Part shown: piece after piece, positions 51,023-62,204 of the stretch | How the letters are laid out: every line of letters begins with the position of its first letter | Numbering within the stretch: the first letter of the stretch is position 1 | Source: Octopus sinensis | Lineage: Eukaryota | Direction of reading: 5' to 3' | DNA: 64,000 bases | Assembly: GCF_006345805.1 (NCBI RefSeq) | Contig: NC_043014.1 | Span: 21,638,001 to 21,702,000, forward strand | Notes under the pieces: generated by a model | Databases searched by the model: none | What the model saw: the letters and a program-made list of their open reading frames with translations, nothing else | Told to the model about the DNA's origin: nothing | Made by a program: the position numbers and the translations under genes

Positions 51023-53225
51023 ATTATGTATGTACATATGCATATATGAGTGAATGAGTATTTGTATGTGAATACCTTTGTGTATGCATTTGTTTGTATA
51101 TGTACTACTGATACATTATATATATATATTTCAGGAAGAGTATGGTCTCATCCCTCGGATATGTGAGGTAAGAAATTTTGCTTTTCTGTTATGTAGCTAT
51201 TACTGTGAGGGTGTGTATATTGTTATTGTTTAGCCCCAGAATAAGCTTTGATCAAGCAGACAACCATGACCAAAGTATTCCAACGATGACTATACCATCT
51301 TAACTGCAAACAATTATTCAATTGGTACTTCCATTTATAAGATAGTAGGATGTGGTTTGAGAAAGATTTAGTAGCTGCTTTTTCTAGCAAATCACACTCC
51401 TATGTAGAGGCCATTTTGGGGATGTGTGTGTGTGTTGCACTGTGTATGTCAGTATTTCTCAACCAGTTTTTGCCTCTGGACCCCTTTGATTCCTGTTTTA
51501 CTCAGATGGATCCTCTTAGCCATTCAATAGATAAAAAGTCATATCATAATATTTATAATTAAATATCATTAGGTATTGTATAAAAAAATAATTAAAATAT
51601 TTTATGTACTGTAGAAGTATAGCCAATTTATTACAAATAAAATTTAACAACAAAATCTTATATGGTCATATGGACCCTGGTTGAGAACCCTGGTGTATGA
51701 GGTTTGTGTGTATTTATCATACATACAAACCACATGCACCAGAGCAGGGACTACAATACTCCACCAAGCACTATATGTGGCATCTCTGTCTCTATTTCAG
51801 GCTCTCTTCAGTCGGGTTGATGACTTCATTGATGACAATTTTACATTTAAAGTAGACATCAGGTAAACTCATTTTATCTTCTTCCTTTCTTTCTTTGTCT
51901 TTTTCTTCCTTTTTAATCATGTTTCTCATTTTTTTGTCTTCAACTTTGTTCTCTGCCTTTCCTTTTGTTCCTTTCTCTTATTTCTCCTATCACCTTCCTT
52001 CTCTCTATAAAGCCATCGCCGCCATCACCAGTCTCTCAAACACTATCTTCCTCTCTCACCACTCATTCACCTTAAATATGTCCACATGTCTCTATTGTAG
52101 CTACCTGGAGATTTACAATGAGAGAGTCAGAGACTTACTGCAAGCCCCACCAGTGAAACAATCAGAGAAATACACCCTGAAAGTTCGTGAACACCCCAAA
52201 GATGGTCCTTATGTTCAAGGTATTTATGTATTTAGCTATAGACATTGCCTGTTTATGTACATGTTTTAGTGGCTATAACCTATTACAATGTAATTGCTTT
52301 TGTGATATATCATCACCCTTCCTAATGCCAACAACTTTATAGAAACCCAGTAAAGTGGTTGGCATTAGGAATGGCATCCAGCTGTAGGAATCATGCAGAA
52401 CAGACATCTGAAGCCTGGTGCAGCTCTATAGCTTACCAGCTTCAATCTCACCTTCTAACCCATACTAGCAGGGAAAACGGACATTAAATGATGATTATGT
52501 TTCTATGTTTACACAGATCAGACAAATTTTTCTACTTCCAGATGCTCTTCCTGTCATCAACCCTCATTTCTGAGCAAAGTAACATTTCCTTCAAACAACA
52601 TAATGGCTGCACATGCTTTTCATGAAAGATTGCAAAATGATACACACTTATATTAAAATAATGTTTGTATACAGTTAGCACATAATACCTAGACAAGGAA
52701 AGACTCACACACGCATGTACATATATACATAGTACTGGTGTCATGTAAAAAGTATCAAGTACACTGAAGTGTTGGCATTAGGAAGGGCATCCAGCTGTAG
52801 AAACCATGCCGAAGCAAATATTGGAACCTCTGGCTCAATTGTCCTTGTCAAGTTATCCAACCTATGCCAGCATAGAAAAGGGGATATTAAATAATGAGCT
52901 TCTTTCAGTTTCTGTCTACCAGATTTCTCACAAAGCCTTTGCTATACGACTATAATAGAAGACACTTGCTCATGCCATGAGACTGAATCTGAAAGCACAG
53001 AATTTTTATGTGAATTTCTTAATCATCCAGCCATGACTGCACACACAGATATACATATATTGTGTGCGGGTAAAATTACTGAAGCAAACAATATTGATTT
53101 CTGTCATATGCACATGGTTATATTTGGCAAACTGGCAAAGTCATTAAAGTGTTGGCATTCATTCCAGCTCTCTATGCTTGAAGTACAAATCTCTCTGAGG
53201 TCAATTTTGCCTTACATCTTTTCAG

Positions 53226-53260
<35 letters not shown>

Positions 53261-55816
53261 AATATGCTCCACCAGTTTAGATGCCCAAGATCCATGTATA
53301 GAACATGGTGGTGCCCCCCAGAAATTGGAGGCAAGTCATAAGACTACAAATTTGGGAATACAATTGATACAGTTGATACAATTGGTGATACTTATTTTAT
53401 TATTTTATCAACCATGGAAGCATGATAAAGCCATATTGATTTTGGCAAGATTTGAAATAAAAAAATATGAGAGGGGTACGTCTAAATGTTAAGCCAGTCC
53501 ACTTGCCCTTGTAACAAATTAAACAATATCAGGCATGTAAACCATACCTTTGTAAACACTAATCTAAGATTGGAATAAAGAATAATAAAACTACAGGACC
53601 CAAACCATAAATCTGTTAGTAACTGCTGAACATGGAGTTTACTCTTGGAGAACAATGTCCTCCACTGAAATTTGGTTCAATTGGGAAAAGTTTGAATGTC
53701 ATAACTACCAAAAATACCATTTGTCCTGTCTCAAAAAATCTTAAACTTCATGACTAGAAGTTAGTTAGCTGTATCTTGTAGCCTTTTTATATATACATAT
53801 ACAGAGTGTGATGGGTAAATTGTCACCATTTTATAGTTTTAATTTCATACATGCGCATTGTTTGTTTTTGATTTTGTCAACTACACAGTTTAGTAGGATC
53901 AGTTTGGCACCATCTGTGAGAAAAACAGCACTATGATACGATTCACTCTGCCAGAAATTTGGAAACGACATGCTCTACTGCTTGGCATTCATGCTGGAAG
54001 CTCCAATACGAACATTTCAGAATGTTTGGGTGTCAATCTGAGGACAGTACAGAGGATTCAGAAAGAGTTGGATGAGTCTAATGGTGATTATGAAGGTTTG
54101 TAGCTCAGAAAACTCACTCTGATCATTCTGATAAGAAAAGATCTGAATTTTTTGGTGAGATCCAGGCCATAATTGACAACAATCCCTCCAAGTCAGTCAA
54201 GTCCATTGCTAGAGATACGGGAGTGTCTGAGTTTTTTATCAGGTAGGTAGTGCATGAATACATTCGGTATTCCTCATACAAGATAAGAAAGGGCTAATTT
54301 TTATCCGAAGTGTTCAAAGACAAGAGGAATGACTGTGCTACAAAGCTTTCAAACAAACTCAAGCATCCCCTCCAACTGAACATACTTTGGTTTTTCTCCG
54401 ACGAGAATAATTTCTGCCAGAACAGATGGTAAACACACAGAATAACCGTTGGCTTTGTCGTGTCCCCAAATCATATACAGACAATGATAAAAATCAAAAA
54501 TCCAGTCAACATCATGGTGTTTGGAGTGATGGTGACATGCATCCATTCATCTTCCTACTCAGCCTCAGATGCAACATGGAGGTCTACATCAAGTGTCTGG
54601 AAGAGGTAGTGTGCCCCTGGGTCAAGAGGGTGGCTGCTGGAAAACCCTATGTCTGGCAACAGGACTCTGCACCATGCTACACAAGCAGAACCCAGTCATG
54701 GCTGTCAGACAATTTCTGCAATCACATTACCCCTAACATCTGGCCACCCAACTCCCCAGACTGCAACCCTCTTATGTGTAGAGTACAGTTGAGAGAGATA
54801 CCAACAAAACTCCTTTGTAATAACCAAAGATGAACTGAAGGCAAAGATTATAGCAGCATTCACCATTTTAAACAAGGAGATCGTCCAGAAAAGTTGCAGG
54901 AGATTCTGAAGTCATAATTTAGATGACAATTTATTCATCGCACCATGTATATATATATGCTGCCTGACTGGCATCCATGCTGGTGACATGTAAAAAGGAC
55001 CAACCGATTGTGGCTGTTTGCCAGCCTCCTCTGGCCCTTGTGCCGGTGGCATGTAAGAAACACCCACTACACTCACGGAGTGGTTGGCGTTAGGAAGGGC
55101 ATCAAGCTGTAGAAACACTGCCAGATCAGACTGGAGCCTGGCACAGCCTCCTGGCTTCCCAGACCCCAGTCGAACCGTCCAACCCATGCTAGCATGGAAA
55201 ATGGACGTTAAACGATGATGATGATAATAATCAATTGAGGAAACAGAAGATGGATTTGGTATTAGTCTTTTTTTCATACAATGATCATTTCAACCCATTC
55301 TGCAACTGTCATTTATGGGTGGGATATTGTGCATCTAATTGACATATACCCATTAGTCCAAAAAATAAAAATCGTCCAACCCAGCCAGCATGGAAAGTGG
55401 ACGTTAAATGATGATGATATATATAAATATATATATAAATAAACATTATTATTTCTAAATCTCTCAAAGAGAGATATTCAGTAACAATTCTTTAAAGTAA
55501 AGGCTATTTACCAACATAATGTGGCTGTCCTGGAAGGGACGATTGTTACTGTTGTTTAGCCCCAGGGAACATCATTTCCAGCTGGCTATATGACATAATA
55601 TCTGTGTCCTTATATTTTTGAACAGGGAGTTATTGCAATAACCCAGAAAACAGTCCACAGATGTTGCTTTGTGCTGGATGGGAGGCTGGACTCCTTGTTC
55701 GAAAATATAAGGACACAGATATTGTGTTGTATAGCCAGCTGGAAATGATGTTTTCTGGGGGCTAAACATCAGTAACAACAGGACAGCCACATTACATTGG
55801 CAAATAGCCTTTACTG

Positions 55817-55848
<32 letters not shown>

Positions 55849-58800
55849 TTAGTCCAAAAATTATGCTATGTATATATACTCTTTTATATATATGATGTTA
55901 TATTGTATCTAGCAAAGAATATATTTGTTTGATTATTAAAGGATTTTTCTACTTAATTCCAAAGATTAAATCCATGTATGCAACTTTGAGATGTATTCTC
56001 TTGATTTTTACCAAAACTTATTGGTGTTGTTCTTCTTGAACAGATTTGTCCCGGCATCTTATTAAAGATAACCAACAAATTCAGTCTCTGATTGAGAAAG
56101 CTAATGAAAATCGGTAAGTATTTGGGGTTTTTTTAAGCCAGACTTTTATAAATAGTACTGAATTGTCTTTTAGTTATAGATGTTCTTTGACTCCACTATG
56201 AATTAATGCATTTAAGCAGAGTAATGATCCACAGCCAGTCAGTCACACACCTGTATGGATCAACTGGTCCAATATTCTCAATGACCACTAACTTTGTCTT
56301 TTAGTTTATTGCATGGAGTACAGTGTGGCTGCCTGGGAAGGTTGTATTTCTTATCCATCTTTTAGGGTTAGGTGGTACCCATTACAGTGGGTGGGGCCAA
56401 ATGATCATGGTCAGAATGAGAGTACTTTTAGATGTGTCGGGACAGGAATTTAATTATAACTGTCCCTTAGAATTTTTTAAAAATATATTTTAAATGTTCA
56501 AGTCTTTTTATCCCACAAGCTCTCCCAGCTAATCAGTGGATCAAAATTGCTATTTTCCAGAACAACATCATCCACTCACATGCATCAACACAGCAGTCGA
56601 AGTCATGCTATTGTTACAGTCACATTCACACAGGTATGTAGAATTATGTCATTATTGTTTTAATATCTACTTTTCCATACTTACATGGGTCAGACAAGAC
56701 TACAGCTGAATGCCGTTTGTAGTGTGATCCCTCACTTGTTGTCAAGCAAGGTAATAATCTCCTTGTCTATTGAGCAACTAACAACCTGGACAAAGTTTCA
56801 CAGAGAGAACTGGAAACAAATGACACCATTTGAATGTGCATTTTGTTTATAAAAATATCACATGTAAAGAAGCACAGACATGCTTAAATGGTGGACTGCA
56901 AGCAAATCACACAGCCTGTATAAACAGTGATGCTTTTGTTTACATACAGTGAATGCATATGAAGACAAAAGGAAATATGAACTTGTTCACACACACACAC
57001 ACACACACATTTATATGATGAGCATCTTCAGTTTTCATCTATCAATTTCACTCACAAGGAATAATATAAAATGTTAGGCAACATTCATGCAGTGGAACCA
57101 AACCCCTAACCACATGATTCTGAAGCAAATTCTTAACCACACATTCATACCTATATATGTATGTGTGTGTGTATAGCCATCTAGGTATCATGCATAATGT
57201 ACATGCATATGAACCTTTGAAAGGCATGATGCTGTGTAGTTTTTGTCAGAGAGAAAATCTCTTCATTGATATGTTGTGTTAAAAACAATATATATTGGAG
57301 TGGGATGAACATAGACCTGGCAGTGATTCATGAGAATGCCCTGCATGCTTCAGCCCACTTGAACAAAAACCATAGTATCATGCCTTTCAGTGGTGTATGT
57401 GTGTGCATATATTATTATCATTATTATTATTACCTCCACCTTAGCAAAGGCAGAGGTATTGTTTACAGTCGTGTTTGTTTATTTGTCCATGGACAAGATA
57501 TGTCAAGAACCACTGGATAGATTCGGATGTTTGGCCTTGTGACTGGCACAAACTGATTAGATTTTGGGATCAATCTGGTCTGGACAAGGATTCTGGATTA
57601 TTTTTCCTGTTTTTTACTTAATTTTTGAGAGTGGTTGGGTTCATTTTTAGTATTCTCTTTGTGAGAGCAATCGAGTTTATTTCAGATATTCTCATTTTAC
57701 AAATCATCTCTGGCTAATCATTGAGAGGATGTTGGTGTTGCCTTGGCAGAGGCTTGTGCACTCTGAGTGCTCTTGTTATTATTATTATCATTTTTATAAA
57801 GGTGGCAAGCTAGCAAAATTATTAACACACTGGATGTAATACTTAGGGTATTTCACCCATTTGCTACGCTCTGAGTTCAAGTTCTGCCAAGGGTTGATGA
57901 AATAAATACCAGTTGAACACTGGGTTCAATGTAATCACCTTACCCCCTTCCCCGATGCTACTGGCTTTGTACCAAAATGTGAAACCATTATTATTATCAT
58001 TATTATTTTTGTTTTCTTTCAGGCAAGGTTGGAAGATGATTTACCAAGTGAGATTGTTAGTAAAGTCCATCTTGTGGATCTTGCTGGCAGGTAGGTGCTT
58101 ACTATTTCCTAATGTTGATGCTGACAGTGATAATAATTCATTTATTAGGCAGGTTTTTTTTTTAATGGGAAGGGGTGTAGTATTTTAGCAGTGATTATTT
58201 TATGAAATGGATGAAAAATGGGATTTAGGATTTGAATTTGAAATAGAATGAACATAATACTATTATGCATCTAATACTATAATATATCTTGTGAGTTAGT
58301 GAGGGTATGTGGCCCTAGTATGATCACAAGATCATAGTTCGATTCCTGGAGCAGGTAGTGCATTGTGTTCTTGAGCCAAACAGTTCATCTCGCATCACTC
58401 TACAATCACTTCAACAGTTGATGTGTGTACAGGCAATGTTGAGTTGATGGAGACAGGGAATGAGCTAATGCACAGCTCAAACATTTGATCACTGTAAATA
58501 ATCCTTTATGCTGGTTGTTCAGTAATAAATTGCAGGACTCACACCTGTTGTCTACAACAAGAGTCTGTGGTGGTGTGTCTCTATTTCTGCCAGCTAACTA
58601 CTATAATAATCTTATATTATAAAAGAGATGCAGATCTCCAGCTGTCTGTCTGTCACAACTCCTATCAGAGGGAGGGAAAAAGGAGAAGAATCAAAATATA
58701 CATCACACCGTATTGTTAGAACAAGGGGAGGAGAAAAAGTTGTTGTTGAGTGTATGTATGTGTGAAAGAAAGAGAGATAGGTAGTGTTGTCCCCATAGTA

Positions 58801-61800
58801 ACTAACAAGACTTTCACTATATAACAGTCTACAATTAAAAGAAGATAAATACTTGATAAACAAATATTTTTATAGGCAGCATAGTGACAGGTAAAGACCT
58901 AGTAATAATAATGATTTATAACACATGCACACAGCTACAGATGGTACAGTATATCCATCATCATCTGCAAGATGATGATGGATATATGATCAAGAGAAGG
59001 TAAACTAGTAGGTTTCTTCCTCTAAAACTTCTTATATTTAGTCTTTATTGACCATACTGCATTTATAAGTGATAACCCTTTGACCACTCAAAAATAACTG
59101 ACATATTTTGGAATTACATCTGTAATTCCTATTGTTACAGGTTTTTGTTATCTTAGTTGTGATGTGGCAAATAGAAATGCTTCAAAACAATGGTACCAAT
59201 TGACATGGGTAGCAACATGCAAACTTTACTTCATCTGTTCAATCACCAAGAAAATTGGAATTATTTTTCCAATGAAACAGTTTCCTTCTATAGTAGTTAT
59301 CCCTGACAATAACAAAAACACTAGCAACAAAGATAAATGCTAGACATTGCAATCTTTTATGATTTGTACTTGGGAGTTCATTTTCCACAAAGAACAACTC
59401 ACAAATGGATAATGACAAGAGCACAGATTTCTCAGCTTATAATAGTATTTAATGTTCAGAAAGATTAATTTTGATTGGACATTATTTTGAGAAGATCAAA
59501 TATACCACCGGCCACTCAAGTTGTGAGTCATAAAAATCAAACAATAACGTATTATTATGTTGGAAGAGCTTTATGAAAGACTCACATTTCAGAAGCTTTA
59601 TAACTAGATGTAATATTAATTTTAATGAAACTGTTGACCTTGCTACAGATAAAATCTAATGATGACAGCAAATTGATCAGTGTTGTGTGTATATCTCCTA
59701 CATTGTGTATTACTGTTTATTGAAATGGAAGAGGATATTAATAGTTGTATCAACTCAGGAAGGATGAAAGGCAAAGCTGACCTCAGTGGTATTTGAACAC
59801 GAGTTGTAACTAAATGCTGCAAAATAGTTTAGCCAGCATGCAATCCACTTCCTTAATGATAATAGTAATTGCTAATATAGGAATGAGGTAAGAAATTTGT
59901 TGTGGGGAAACAATTGATTATATTGCATCCCATATTTGACCTGAGAAAAAAAGTTGATCTTGATGGAATTTGATCTCTGAATATAAAGGATTATAACAAA
60001 TACAGCAAAGCATTTTGTCCAATGCTCTAATGATAATGCTGGGACACAAATTTATTGGAAAGGTTTACAATTTATAGAATAAACCCTAATTCATTACTGG
60101 TACATATTTTATTGAACATAAAACTCAATCAAAATTAAACTATTTCTGAAAATCAAATAACCCTCTTTATTGCCAGACTGAAGACTTATGTGTTTATATT
60201 GTGTATTTTTCAGTGAACGAGCCTCAACTACACAGAATCTGAACTATAAAGACCGGTTGAAGGAAGGCGCTAACATCAACAAGTCTTTAGTGACTCTTGG
60301 CAATGTTATTAAATGTCTTGGTAAGGTGCTAAACTTGGTATTTCATGAGCTCTTCATAGTAACCCAGAGAGGATCACAGGGTCAATATCTGATATTTATT
60401 CTCAATGATTGTTTACTCTAGGTTAGCCTTAATTATGGTCAAAAGCATTTTAGTCTTGGTCTTCTGTTATATTTAATCAAACACAGTGCAAGGACTAAAT
60501 TATCCAATGTGACCTTCATTTTTTTAAGATGGTAAGGTGTGATCCGACGGAGATTTAGCTACAAATTTATCACATCAATGAGGAAACCTCAGTTGAGATG
60601 GATTCCTAAACTGGGTGTTACATCACCTTGTCATAACAGCAGAGAGGGACTTTTGGAGAAATCATTACAATAAATGGAGTTATTTCCCCTCGAACTTCAG
60701 TTATCTGATTTTACTCTCTCAGTGGTCAAGTGAATAGAGCATCAGAAAAGAGCGTAGGCATAGCCATGTGGTTAAGAAATTCACTTTAAAATTGTGTAGT
60801 TTTGGGTTCAGTCCTACAGCATAGCTCCTTGGGTGAGTGTCTTCAACAATAATCAACTAAGGTCTTATGAGTGGATTTTGTAGACAGAAACTGAAAGAAG
60901 CCTGTCATGTGTCCTTTTGTTTTGGCATCATGTGATGATTATAAGCAAGCATCCCAGTCATAGAAGCAATGTTGTTCATTTCCAGTCTTCCATGAAAATA
61001 TGTCTGATTATAGGGAAATATTATCTTGCTTGGAAACAGGTGAGGGTTGGTAACCGGAAGGGCATCCAGTTGCAGGAAATCTGTCTCAACAAATTCCACC
61101 TGACCCAGGCAAGCATGAAAAAGTGAGCATTAAATGGTGATAATAATGATGGTGCATGTGTCATCTCCTTGTCTTGACATTTTGTGCTAATTGTTATTAA
61201 GCATCATCATTACACAAACGCTTTCATTTGTTTGCAATTTTCCATGGAAACGTTTTTGGTCATTGCACTGTCCATATTCGAAGGACAAGAGGAAATATTA
61301 ATTTCAAATTTTGACACAAGGCCAGCAATTTCAGGACAGAGGTATAGTTGATTACATCAACCCCTCCCATTGCTCAATTGATAGTTATTTTATTGATTCC
61401 AAAAGGATGAGAGGCAAGGTTGGCCTCAGCAGAATTTGAACTCAGAACATGAAGACATACAAAATGCCACTAAGCATTTCACCCAGCATGCTAACAATTC
61501 TGCAAGATCACTGCCTTAACTAGGGGAAATATTACCTTGCTTGCAAACAGATGAAGGTTGGTTACAGGAAGAGCATCTGGCTGTAGAAAATCTTTGTTTC
61601 AATGAATTTTATCTGACTCCTGTACATATGGTAAGGTGTTAACTGAACACTGGCTGGGGCTTTATGAACCCCAATTGGGGTTGCCTGAGTGAAAGTGTCT
61701 AATGTTGGAAGACCTGAAATACCTAAAAGTTCCAGGTGCATCACTGGATGATATATGGAATATATATATATCATACACACACATATCCAAAACACTTGCA

Positions 61801-62151
61801 AAGAATATGGAGACTGATACATCTTCAAATTTTTCTTTAATTTAACAGTTAATTATACAGCATAATTAGTTAATTAAACTAACTATGCTGTATAATTAGC
61901 TGTTATATTAAAGAAAAATTTGAAGATGTATCAGTCTCCATATTCTTTGCAAGTGTTTTGGATTTATGCTCTCAAAAATATTCATAATCCAGAGAAGTGA
62001 ATCCAGATTTATCCATCAGAAGTATTACTGTGGGACTGCTCACACTCAGCAATCCTTGATGTTTCTTACTACCTGAGGACCTGGAACATACCTGAGACGG
62101 TTCCCGCTTGGGTAATTTATCCCTGTATACTCATTGTGTGTGTGTGTGTAT

Positions 62152-62204
<53 letters not shown>

